Origin: Felis catus
Lineage: Eukaryota
Reading direction: 5' to 3'
Length of the DNA stretch: 64,000 nucleotides
NCBI RefSeq assembly: GCF_018350175.1
Contig: NC_058369.1
Span: forward strand, 22,508,001-22,572,000
The notes beneath the pieces are model-generated. The model had not been told where the DNA came from and did not search any database. It was given only the letters and a program-made list of their open reading frames with translations. The position numbers and the translations under genes were made by a program. Shown here one piece after another: positions 37,129 to 49,000 of this stretch (positions within the stretch are counted from its first letter, which is position 1; every line of letters starts with the position of its first letter).

Positions 37129-37283
37129 AAAGGGATCCGCTCAATTGAATGCTAGAACTGCCTTACCTTAGACTGCTTTTTGCAAAGAAGACAACTGCAA
37201 GGTTAGGGTTATTGCATTCACACGCACACTTACACATGCAGTCACATACACGGACAAAAAAATCGCAATTATGAGCTCACACA

Positions 37284-37508
37284 GGGGCGCCTGGGTGGCC
37301 CAGTCGGGTAATTGTCTGACTCTGGCTCAGGTCATGACCTTGCGGTTTGGGAGTTTGAGCCCTGTGTCAGGCTCTGTGCTGACAGCTAGGAGCCTGGAAC
37401 CCCGCTTCAGGTTCTGTGTCTCCCTCTCTCTGCCCCTCCCCAGCTCACACTCTGTCTCTCCCTCTCTCTCTCTTTCTCACAAAAATAAAACAAAAACAAA
37501 CACAAAAA
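37284..37508 (+). mobile_element. Can-SINE
   Basis: ggggcgcctgggtggcccagtc head, CT tract, A-rich tail. Confidence 0.93.
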
Positions 37509-37774
37509 CTCACACATACAATCACATACACATACAGGTACTGACACACAGTCACATAGATGACCCCCCCACATTCATATTTATACATTATATACTCATA
37601 CCAAGACATATTCTGTATGAACAGGCACGTGTATATATACATTATTTACATACACATTCTGTGTGTATATACATTATATGTAAAAACTATGGTATATATT
37701 GTACATGTTATATATAATGCATATATAATATATGCTATATATCATATAGTATAAACACACAGAATGTATATTTA

Positions 37775-37809
<35 letters not shown>

Positions 37810-37830
37810 GTATGTACATACATACACAGA
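37509..37830. repeat. CA/TA low-complexity tract ending in (TG)n at ~37777-37806
   Basis: Direct reading. Confidence 0.85.
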
Positions 37831-39483
37831 ATCACTTTAATCAATAAAAAGCTATGAGGGTTCGCAGTGTACTAGGGGGTGGGGTTGGGATGGGCAGGGA
37901 GGAGAGAGCTGGAGGAGCACCCAGCCTTGCAAGCTGAGTTCATGCCCCTGAGTTGGAGGAGTGGACTCGCTGCCTCTAACATCTGTGGGCTGACAGATCA
38001 TGAGGTTCAGGGGAGCTGTTGCATGGCCCGCTGATCTTTCTGGGTCCTTCCCTTCTCAGAGTTGGGAATGGCTCTTAAATTGGGGGGGTTCCCACATCTT
38101 GATGCAAAGTCCCCCCCCGCCCATCCTTTGCCTTTTTCTTTGCTGTGGACTCGAGAGCCCTCCTTCTTTAGTGGGAGACTTAGAGATGTCTGAAAGGATC
38201 ATCTAGTTTGGTTGAAGTCAGATGAAGTGGCCTTCACAGTCTACTCCATGGAAGGAACCTTGGCATAGTAAATGGACAGTATGTGAACAGACACTACCTT
38301 TCCCAAGGGCTGCATTTTAGACATATCCAAACTGCTCCTAAGAGCCGAGCACTCCTCTGTGCTCCCAGCGGTCCCCTTTGCACACATCCACACCCTGAGC
38401 AGCACTGTGGGGCTAGAAGTTAGGTCACTGTTGTATGGTAAATAGAATTTTGAAGGCAACAAATAAGTTTCTTTCCTGTGATTGTTTAAAATACAGCATT
38501 CTGTATGGTGTTTTCCCAGTGTCTTTAAACTTTTGAGAAATCTTCCTTATCTCCCCTCTTCTTTGTCCAACCAGCATCCTCCCACAGAGATGTGACTGAG
38601 GAATTCTAAGAAAACAGTTTCCTTGATTCTCTCTTTCGTAGCAAATCTAGTGTTTATTAAAAGACTCTGTGTCTTCGGTGAGGTGGATGCTAGAGCCTGA
38701 GGAAGAAGGAAACAGGTGGGACCCAAGGAGAAAGGAATTTCAAGCTGACATCCATTCTAGCCATTCAGCTGATGTTTATGGAGCCCTCATAATATCAAAG
38801 GCCTTGCTGAAGCCATTCCAGTCACAATGATGAAAAGTTGGACATGACCCACCCAATGGGCAGGCACAATGTAAACAAATAAATCACTCTATGGGTTAGT
38901 GATAACTGCTAGGAAGAAAAATGGAGAAAGGTAAAAGCACAGAGTCATACGGGTGTGTGTGCGAGTGTGCCTGTATATGTTTCTCTTTACCTGGAGGGTC
39001 AGGAAAGTTCTCCCCACAGAGGGGATGTTCGAACCGAAAGCTGAGTACAGTACAAAACAGCCCTGGGGCCATCTGGGGAAGAGTGGTCCAGGCAGAGGGC
39101 ATAGCACATGCAGAGACTCAAAGTGGGATCAAGCTCAGCGTTTTCTAGGAATTCCAAGGAGATAGGCGGGAGCACAGTAAGCAGTGGGGAGAGGGAGGGA
39201 AAATGAGGCTTATGGAGACAGAAGTCAAGGGCCTTGGGGTCTTGGTTAAGAGTCTGCATGTTAATTTAAAACAGAAACCACTGGAGGATCTTGAGCAGGG
39301 AAATGCTTATGGTCTGATTTTTGTTTTTAAAAAGAGGGCTCTGGCTACTGTAGAAAGAAGGAATGTGTTTGAAGGGGGGCGAGAGGAGAAGGGATGTCTT
39401 ATTAGGGGTCAGTCACAGGAGTTTAGGGAGGAGATGATAGAGGTCTGGGCCAGGCAGTGTGGTGGAATGGAGAGATGTGTTCT

Positions 39484-39484
39484 G

Positions 39485-39527
<43 letters not shown>

Positions 39528-39533
39528 GGGGGG
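39484..39533. repeat. (TG)n microsatellite followed by a G run
   Basis: Direct reading. Confidence 0.9.
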
Positions 39534-40409
39534 TGATGGTGAGCTGGAAGCTGGTCTTCAGCCAAGCGCTGAAGGAGTATAGTTGCATAATACTCCATTG
39601 TGTAGATGTATGTTTAACTAATTGTGTACTAATAGCCAGTTGGGTTGTTTCTAGTCTTCTGCTCTTGGAGATAATACAGTAATGAAGAACTGTATATGGA
39701 TGCAACTGACTAACTGTAAGATAAATTCCTACAAAAGGAATTGCTAGGTCAAAGGCTAAAGCATTTGTCATTCTGCACCTTCAGGGTGAAGCATTTTGTG
39801 TCCCTACCAGCAACATTACAACCTTTCAGCAGGTGTCTGTTTCTGATCTAGAGCAATAGATCTTTACCCAGTTAGATCCAGCACCCTCTTTACCATCCTG
39901 ATACGAAATTCTGAGACAATATCTCCTACTCAGTCGGAATTAAAAAAAATCAATATGATGATTTATCTGATAATATCGAAGAGAAATAAAAGTAATTTAT
40001 AATAAAACAAGAGATGTTTCACTGTGTGAAACACGCATGATTACACTGCAAGATGTTATAAAGTCATTAGAAGCCTGCACCTATATGCAGACTAACTGTG
40101 AATGCCACACTCAAGTGTTGACTGGTACAGATGTGCTCTGTTGGTGATTCAGGACCTGTGAGCACAGTTACCATTGGAGAAATGATTTTCCAAAATGGTA
40201 AAGCAAATACACACACACACGCACACACCTCTGGCTAAGGTTCTAAACAAGACTGATGACAGTCTTCCCTTTATTTACACATCAGTTACATTTCTGGAAA
40301 ATTTGGTGCTTGTTAAAACCACGCAAAAACTCCTTTGTATTTTTATATAAAATGAGTTTAGGTTCTAGATTCAGATAATGATGAGCAGGTTTTTTTCTTA
40401 CCTGAATGT

Positions 40410-40590
40410 CCAGTGGGTCATTTCAAAGTCCTGTGGGACACAGGACAATTCTTCCTTGTGTGGGACTGTCTGCCCTCCATCTACTAAATGCCAACAGGAT
40501 TCCAAGTCATTGTGACAAATGGAAAACTCCCAAATGTTCAGTATGCCCCTAGGGGCAATGTTCCTTCCCCCACCCAGAACTGCTGCTTTG
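40410..40590. mobile_element. hAT-Charlie MITE, MER20-like (may extend left to ~39850)
   Basis: ggacaattcttccttgtgtgggactgtc...tctactaaatgcca...gtcattgtgacaa...tgcccctaggggcaa. Confidence 0.6.
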
Positions 40591-41859
40591 GGGTCTCTTC
40601 TGGAGTCCATTCCATAGACCAGGACCAGGTGAACATTTCTAAAATTTTTCACCGTGTTTCATTTCTGTTCAAAGCCCTACAGCAGCTTGTTGTCATAGGA
40701 CAAATACAGCATCCTCAGTCGAGGGGACAGAGTATGCAAGTCTGCCAGTGAAAAGTTTCATTTGGCTGGATTTAGTGCCTCAACTGAGAGCCGAGTGTTG
40801 AAATACAGGCTTTTGGGTGAAAATGGCAGGTGGGACCCAGTGCCTAATGCTGCACATGGTGCGTTGCAAGGTGCTCCTGGTTCCTTACTCTGATGTGGCA
40901 CACAAACCCCAAATCTTTGTGACACTTCGAGCTCTGAATTTATTGGTAGCAGATAGTTTAAATATTTTTATTTTTGACAGAGTAAGAAATGTTTAGTGGG
41001 ATTCATCTTAAACATATTGTGCATCATGCCGTTTAAGGTGGTCCATGTTATAATAAATAAAGTGATCCAAGGTTATAAATGTCAAGATGCCACCCTCCTG
41101 GGACTGTGATGCCCTGTGTGAGGGCTCCTCTCCTGGTTGCTCTCTAGTTGCCCAGAATGCGTGTGAAGTTTGCCCAGGTCAGGGTGACAGAGCATAAGGA
41201 CTTAATAAAATGTCATTGTGACCTTGGTGCCCAAGTGGCCCTTAATATAGTCCAGCAGTCCAGGGGTTGCTTACATATGACTAAGTTGTATTATTTTGCT
41301 GTGCCTCAATTTTCCCATCAGTTAATAGGGATAACAATACTATAGATGCTGTGGGTACTTTTTCTTCATATGCGCTGTAGTTGACCTCTTGTTAAAGCTT
41401 ATAGTTATGCATTTATGATTTAAATGCATAAGGAGGAAAGCCTGTCTCCCTCGCTAGGGCATCCACTCTGTGAGGCAGGTGTCATTTGTTCTCTACTGGA
41501 TCTCCAGCACATATCCCACCACATAGATGCTTGACGGTTCACTAGTTGAGTGAGGGAATGCGTGAAGGGCTATTATCATATAGATACCATATACTTAACG
41601 GACTGGTGCTTTACTGTTGAGGGCTAATATGCTTCCCTCCTACCCTCATTCACTCATTCATTTAGAAAGAAGGCTTCTGGGGTCTGGCAGGGAAATGATT
41701 TTCTTCCAGGCCTCCATTTGAGCAGCAAAGCCATCCGGACCACTTGCCCCGGGGTCAGGCCACGCTTGGCTCAGTTTGGAACTGCTAGCACGCTTCCAAT
41801 GACGGGAGGTGTGCACAGAAGCGGAGAATTCATTATAACCGGTTAGTCATCCATGGAGT

Positions 41860-44320
41860 TTGTAGACGCTGCCCGTGGGCGGGACGCACCTGCCGTTTCC
41901 CAGGTGGGGCCTGTTCCCGGCGCCAAGCCACGGTTGGGAGCGCAACCGGCCCACAGGAGCCCTGGGTCTTCCCTCCCCACGCAGCCAACTCAGATCAAGC
42001 CCAGCATCTGCTGGGGTAACTCTCTCCAGGGGCCGCTGGGCCGGAGCACCGGCCTGGGTCCTCGCAGGGCACCCCAGGGCGGCAGCCGCAGCCCACACTC
42101 ACTCGCTCCCCCGCCGCCCGAGGGCGCGGAGGCTGGAGGCGACCGGCGCGCAGGAGCGCACGGCCCGGGTTGCGGAGGCACGCAAACTAGGCGCGCCCGG
42201 GCGGTGGACGCACCGGAGACCCCGCGGCGTCGGGAGCGCGCGGCTCGCCAGGGGCCACTCGAGGTGCGCTCGGCGGGTCGAGGATGACTCAGCCTCCCTC
42301 GGGTCGGTGTTCCCTGGTGGTCGGCGCGAGGGCCCCCCAAAGTTCCCAGTCACAGCCCAAATGTCGCGCGCGGGCCGGGGGCTCCGACAGCTGGGTCCCG
42401 GTGGGAGCGGCCAGAGAGGCCGCGGGGGAAGCGGGGGGGTCCTCCCGGCGCCCAGGGCTTCCCCGACTTCCTTTCGCCTCGCCCCTTCTTCGGCGCGCGG
42501 CCCGAAAGCACCTCCGGCCCAAGGGGTGGGGGTCGGCGTGGGGGAGCGGGTGGCCTCCCGGCCTCAGGAGAGTCTCGCCTTCCCGAAATCTAGGGGGTCC
42601 GCCGGTCACGAGGGACAGAGCGCCGCGGTGGCTTCCCCTCCCGGCCCTGAGAGTCCGGCCCCGCCGCCCGCCGCATTCGCGCGGACCCCGCGCTGCAGCG
42701 CGCTGGAGCGCCAGCGGCTCGGAAGCCCCGGCCCGGGCTCCGGGAGCCTCGGGGGCGGCCCCGCTGCGGCCGGAGCCCGAGCCCGCGCTCGCGCGCCAGC
42801 GCCGCCCTCCGCGCCCTCCCCTCTCAGGCTCCGCGGCCGGGGGAGCTGCCGCGGGCGGCCACGCAGCAGTGCCCTCGCCGGGACCCGCGGAGCCCCCAGT
42901 CCCATCCCCACTCCACTCCGCCGCGGGCGACCCCGGCCGCCGCCGCGAGCCCCGGCGCCTTCCTCACTTTTGCCTCTGCGCCCGCCCCTACCCTCCGGAG
43001 AATCCTCTGAGGCGTCGCGGCACGAGACCCCGCCGCCCGGGACCCGGCCGCCCTCGAGCGTCCCCGACCCCCACCCCTCCCCCCCGCTGCTCGGGCCGCC
43101 GGGGTCGGGGGACGGCCCCGGGGCCAGCCCGAGAGTCGCGCCCGCGGCGGCGGACTGCGGAGTTGTAAAGAACTCGGCGGCCGCAGTGGCCGGGCGGGGC
43201 AGGGCGCGCTCCGCCGCCGCCAAGGACACTGGAGTTTGCGAGTCCCCGCCCGCGCGGCGCCTCCCGCCCTCCCGCCGGGGCCCGCCGGACTCCCCGGGGC
43301 CGCCGAGGCGGGGCCGGGCGGCCGCCGAGCGAGAGGCGCGGCTCTCTCCCTCCTCCCCCCGCCTGCCTGCCTCTCCCCTCCCTTCCCTCCCTCCTCCCCG
43401 CCCTCCCCCACCCCCTGCTCCTTTTTCTGCTCCCCAAGTGAGCCCGGCGCGCGAGAGGCAGGCGGGGCGGCGCGGAGCAGGCAGCCCAGCGCGCTCGCCC
43501 ACCGCCCGCTCGGCGCAGCTCCCCGCGGCCGCTCCTGTCGCCGCCGCCGGCGCGTCGGAGGGAGCCCAGCATGGCCGGGCCGGGCTCGCAGCGGCGCGCG
43601 TCCCGGGGGGCCTCGGCGCTCCTCGCCGCCGCGCTTCTCTACGCAGCGCTGGGGGCCGTGGTGCGCTCGGAGCAGCAGATCCCGCTCTCCGTGTAAGTGC
43701 CGGGTCGTGCGCCGCCCGGGGAGGGGACCCGGCCGCCCGCGACCCGCCGTGTCCAAGTTTGGGCGCCTGCAGGTGCGGCCGGGCAGGACCTGCCGCCGGC
43801 GTCGGCCTCGCCTTTCGCACCTGCCTTTCAGGACGGGCGTGGGGCGGCGAGGCTGGGGTGGGATGCTCTTGCCCCCTCGCTCGGGTCGGCGAGGGAGACC
43901 TGGAGAGGCTCACCTCAAGTGACACCTCCAACTTTGAAGCCTGTTTACCGAATCCAACTTCCACGGGCCGTTTATTTACTCCCTCTTTGCTATCTTGCCA
44001 TCTCACTTCTTTTGGGGTGGGGGGATGGGTGGGTTTCTTCCGACTAGTACTTGCCAGGTGATCCCAGTTTGCGTGGTCCAGTTTTCGGGCAATTATTCAC
44101 ATAACCCCCAGTGATCTTTTGAGAGAGCTTGGGAGACTTTGCGCATTCTGAACTATGTGACCCCCCTCGGGCCCCCTCCTGCGTTGCGCTCTGCAGTTTG
44201 GTGCTGGCAGTTTCTACCCAGGCGCTTTTTCTATCTTTTTTTTTTTTTTTTCCTCCCCCTCCAATGTTATATCGCCCGGCTCCTTCAGCCACAGCTCCGT
44301 GTGTGCGTGCGTGTTGACTG
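41860..44320. promoter_or_regulatory. CACNA2D3: CpG island / apparently TATA-less promoter and 5' UTR of CACNA2D3
   Basis: Very high GC and dense CpG. Several GC boxes (gggcgggg ~43192, ccccgccc ~43244, gaggcgggg ~43305). AP-1-like tgactca at 42285. Spans exon 1. The TSS cannot be placed from sequence alone. Confidence 0.93.
43571..43692 (+). CDS. CACNA2D3: CACNA2D3 coding exon 1 (signal peptide and start of alpha2 chain): MAGPGSQRRASRGASALLAAALLYAALGAVVRSEQQIPLSV
   Basis: Strong Kozak context (cccagcATGG). In-frame TGA at 43439. The translation matches the recalled mammalian CACNA2D3 N-terminus. 122 nt ending at a phase-2 donor GT|gtaagt (intron starts 43693). Absent from the ORF track because read-through hits TAA after 41 codons. 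Confidence 0.97.
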
Positions 44321-44356
44321 TGACACGGGTGTTACATTTGCCCTTTCTCCCTGTAG
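43693..44356 (+). other. CACNA2D3: CACNA2D3 intron 1 (664 nt, GT-AG)
   Basis: gtaagt...ctgtag between the two coding exons. Confidence 0.95.
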
Positions 44357-44438
44357 GGTGAAGCTCTGGGCCTCGGCTTTTGGTGGGGAGATAAAATCCA
44401 TTGCTGCTAAGTACTCTGGTTCCCAGCTTCTGCAAAAG
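44357..44438 (+). CDS. CACNA2D3: CACNA2D3 coding exon 2: (V)VKLWASAFGGEIKSIAAKYSGSQLLQK
   Basis: Acceptor ttgccctttctccctgtag|G and donor AAG|gtaagg. 82 nt; 122+82=204 nt keeps the frame. The peptide is visible inside ORF 44139..44621 and matches recalled CACNA2D3. Confidence 0.97.
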
Positions 44439-46003
44439 GTAAGGTTTCTGTGGTGGCAGGAAGCGATGATTTTTCCAGCACAGAAAATGGAGGCAGATTT
44501 AGTTTTCCAAACAAACGTGAACCCCGAGGAGCAGCATCAGTTATCAGAGGTGTCTCTGATCCCCTCGTTTCTTGGCAATGAAGTGTGCAATGACTTCTCC
44601 CCACCAACTGGTTATTTTTAGATGACACTCGATTCTAAACACAAAGAAAAGCGGGATACTCACTGGCACTGTCCTGGCTAGGGCTCAGAAACTGAGTGTT
44701 TTTGCATGGCTCTCCTTCCAGTGCCGGTATTGCTGTTACAGTGTGAGGGCAGATGCTTCTCTGGCCAAAAAATGCTAACTTCATCCAAGGGGCAGCGTCA
44801 GCGCCTGTTTTACGATGTCTTTCACCTTGCCTGCGTTGGAGACTGGGGTTCGGCGTGTCTGAGAAAGACGCTGCACTATTGTTTGTCATCCCTGCGGTTG
44901 TACAATCCCATTATTCCCCAATCATCTAGACCCACGGCTGGGATGCATTACATCATTACAGATAAGGAGAATGAATGTGGTTATCTTTCCACTCAGCTGC
45001 ACTGCCGGGTAATAACCTATGAGAGTAGTCCACAAACTTAAGAAATTGGTCTGCGTCCATATAATTCTGGAGAGTAATGAGAACGGAGAATTGATTATTA
45101 GGCTTTTATCAGAAGCTGCATCAATTTTAATTCAAACAGGCAGTCTTATGCTTAAAATTACCTTGTGAAATGTATGGTCCTTTGCCCTCCTCTCCAAGGA
45201 AGAAAAAGGAAAAATATAGGCTGGGAAGGAGAGATTACAGGGGTTAAAAGAATTTCAAGTTAACAAATCAACAGGATTAACCCAAGTATTCTCTCAAAGA
45301 TAGAAAATAAAAATTGGCCTTTAGGGGATAATTCTCTGAAAATGGGTACAAACAGCTTAAATTGTCAAGTTAACTTTTAAGCATTTTTAAATGTGCTTTT
45401 TGGGCCAATGTAACATATGTGTTATGCATGCTGCCTGGTAACCAAGTACGTATTTTATTTATGGCATTCCGCTTCAGAGAGTAGCGTTTTTGGGGACATT
45501 ATATGAAACAGTTTGTCACATGAAATCCGAATATCGTAATAAGGCATCAGCCCACAATGGAATGAGGGAAGTTATTCTTAAAAATTGCCAATAGTCATAT
45601 TCTTTGAAACCGTGAAAAAATTGTTTGCTCAACTCCGCTATTTGGGGAAGGAATCCATTGAATTATAGGCAGTTGATAAAAACTTGAGGCTACGATGTGC
45701 CTTTCTGGAAGATGATCATTTACATTCCTGTGACCCACCTCTCCGTTTATAGGAATTGCGTCTTTGCTAGCATTCTTTTAACCTGGACCAGTCTGTATTC
45801 TGCTTTGGCATTTTGCCTGCGTGTCAGATGTTTTATGTGGAAAGTTTTGGACTGTTGCACTGCGTGTGTTGCATTGCTTGTGTATTTTCCTTATGCTTTT
45901 AAAGAAGAGAACGTTTTGTATAACTTTAAAGAAACATTTTTCATCTGCATGTTGTAGTGCGGTTGTACCAACTCTGAAAGTGTCCCTTCAGAGCGTGTGA
46001 ATG

Positions 46004-46006
<3 letters not shown>

Positions 46007-46040
<34 letters not shown>
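46007..46040. repeat. (TG)n microsatellite
   Basis: Direct reading. Confidence 0.92.
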
Positions 46041-46042
<2 letters not shown>

Positions 46043-49000
46043 TACATATCTTTTATCTCACGTTTTGTAGAAGCCCATGAGATACGCTTTTTCCTTCTCT
46101 CTGAAGTTAGCACAGGCACGCGCACTCACATACGTGCTGCACAAAAGCCCATCAGCCATATTATTGGCCACTCTATAATAGCAAATTGGAAACAGCCAAA
46201 ATGCTTCTCTTACCTTCTCATCAGCATCCTTTCTGATATTGAATTCACAAGCCTAGCTCTGCTTTTGTCATGTTTGCAGCTTGACAATTGTGTAATTATA
46301 TCCAGCTGTTTATGGCTTTGTTGTCATTTCTTGCTGTTGCCTGGCTTTTTGTAATCTGATGCGAGGGGAAGGTGGGGTGTTGCTTGCCATTGGGTTCCAG
46401 GGTGCGTACCTGCTCTTGCATTTGGAATGCAGGCATCTGCTGAGGAGTCCTGAGATACCTATGGCTTTGGCTTGATAGGCAAGGACTTTCATGAACGATG
46501 GGCAGGCATGCCGGACAACTTGGGGGGCACTTTTGTAGGTACCTTTTGGTCATCTTGGCCCGTTACCTCCAAATATGACAGTGTTTTTTAAATTAGCAGA
46601 GAACATTGAATTTTGACAGTTCAGAGTATAGGAAGGTATAAGAAAGGTCTCAGGTGCTCAGAGTGTGGGAGGCATCAAATCGTTTGGAAAAGCAAGGAGA
46701 CAGTTGCCTTTCTCTTGCTTATTTTCGAGTTTCTGCCCATGTGCGTGAAGAAACACTCTTCCAGTCAGAACTCTATGCATCCTCCCATCACGTCACTTCA
46801 TCCTTAATAATGAAGATACTTTCAAAATGAGTTTAAAAAAAAAAACTTGGCTGAAAAATGTGCGAACACTGTATTAAGGGTCTTCAAAGGTGACAATACC
46901 ATGTTGCATAATGGACACTTTTGCATAATTACACTTTTAAGGCATGGACATTTGAACTTGGTTTTCAGTTAAGTGGGTATACTGTATACCAGTGTATAAT
47001 TTTACATGCTCTGTGTAGTTTCTCTAGTTGACGCTTCTTGTTGTGAATTAATGTAGTGTGTTCATTTTTAGAATGGGAGCTTAGTAATTTTTGCACTAGG
47101 GCAAAAACTTTACAAAACAGCTATTGTGAGTATAAGTTAAATAACAATTGGCCACTTATTTTAAGGTGTTTGGAGACTGGGAAAACTGCCATTTTGGTAA
47201 GGTTTTTATTAGATAATATAATTTGAGCTGGTAGTATTATCACTGACTTCATCAGCATAAATACAAGTATTTAACAATGTACTTCATTGTCACGGCTTCA
47301 AGAAAGAGAGTATGTCCTCAGTTGTTTCTATGTTTAATACCACGGCTTTTGCTACTTTAGCTTATGATAATATGGTAGGTATTCTCTGCCAGAATTTTCC
47401 TTTTTTTTCCCCCCCTGCTTTTTGTCTTTGCTGAGCACAGGAATAGCAGCCTATTAGTTTCTTAAGAAGAGGATATTTTTGAGTTTATAAGATGCAGTCA
47501 TCGTGTTTTAGCAAAGTCGCGTGTTTTCAGTACGGAATGGAAGAACATGAGACTTGTATGTTGGGCCCAGAGTTAAGCTTGAGGGGTTTTACAGTTGTTA
47601 CAGAACCATGGGCCCCTGCAAGGGAAGTCGTGTCGTGCTGCTGCAGGTCCGTATCCCGCTGTCCTAAGCTGGCAGGTGCTGTAGACGTTTCGATTCACTT
47701 CAACTTTTAATTAACTTTCCTATTTGACGTATTCATGCCGGTATTCAGCTGCCTCTATCTTGCTTCATTTTCCTCAAAGAATGCACATTGTTTGTGTTCT
47801 TTTGGAGAGGTATAGTTTTATTACCTCTCTATTTGGGGATTCAGTGCGCAGCATTCCGGTGGGTCTGGTAACCTAGGCTGTTAAACTCGTGGGCTCCACG
47901 CTCCGAACATCCACAATACAAGGTTTTAAAGTGGTGTGATTCTCATTTCAACCTCCTTAGGAAGAATGTGGTCGAGGCTGGGTTTTTCCTTCTATTTAGT
48001 ACCGCATTCAGACAATGCTATGTTTATGGGAATGAAGGGTTCCAATTACACTTTCTAGAATTGTGATGATAAGTACACAGCGGAAATACAGGTACGGTAT
48101 GTCTCTGTCTTTAATGCGAGGAAAATAATTGACATTTACCTTGGATGCCTCATGCAGCGCTTACCAAACCTGCACTTCTTGGAATGCGTGGCAAGGCTTT
48201 TGCGTCATCAACTATTTATTGAGAGGACGGCTTTAATACATAAACGTGATGTCTCTTTGCGCAAGATGGAGTCAGCAAAGTGAAAGGTTGGTTCTTTCAC
48301 CCATTTTGATAATTATGACTTTTCATCAGCGTGGAGATCGATGGACTTTTAAATAATTGAAAAGGAGGATTCACTTGTCAGGAATTGGGTAGGAAGCCTG
48401 ACGCGTGTACAGATTGCTTTTTAGGTTGGGGGGGGGTGCTACTTTGCTGAACATTTTTGTTGAGAAAACACAGTTGTTTGTCATTCTGCAAGATGAATGC
48501 ATTCAGCCTCCACCGCCAGTGCTTTAATTCCCAACGCCACTTCAGCTACTGGACTTTTCTCTGGCAGATTATTTTTAAAAGCCTTGAAATCTCAGAAATG
48601 ACAGATTTCAGTCTTTCAGGACACTTTACTGGTTTCATTATCCCAGTCACCAGAACATTAGTGGAACAGGGTGAACCAGTTGCAAGTCAGTGATATCTTA
48701 CCCACGCATGTATCTAACTGCATTTGTGAACTCACACGCTGTCCTTTGCCCACCAGAGAAACTTCTTTTTGTATGGCTTTGCTAAATTTTTGTCTGAACT
48801 TCTTTTGTTCATGTCTTTTTCTTCTTTTACTTTCTCTCAAAATTTCTTTGCTGCCAGATAGATTTGTGCTTTGCCTTTTCTTTCATTAGGAGCCGCTGCA
48901 GCCCCTGTGGCTGGATTTGCAGATGCTGGTCAAAATTAAGGGAAACGAAAATATAGGCATTATTTTCTTGTCGGAGGCAAACTCAGATTTTTATTTCAGT

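Noticed and set aside
38240..38430. ~60-codon ATG-less open stretch (LLHGRNLGIVNGQYVNRHYLSQG...)
   Set aside because: Weak acceptor context and no recognisable homology; worth including only in a blastx of the upstream region
41875..44061. 728-aa + strand ORF and overlapping 294, 466, 310, 228 and 194-aa ORFs on both strands
   Set aside because: Low-complexity Pro/Ala/Arg/Gly translations caused by stop-codon scarcity in a CpG island. The real coding frame starts at 43571 and is spliced.
44139..44621. 160-aa ORF
   Set aside because: Only 44357-44438 is coding (exon 2); the rest is intronic read-through
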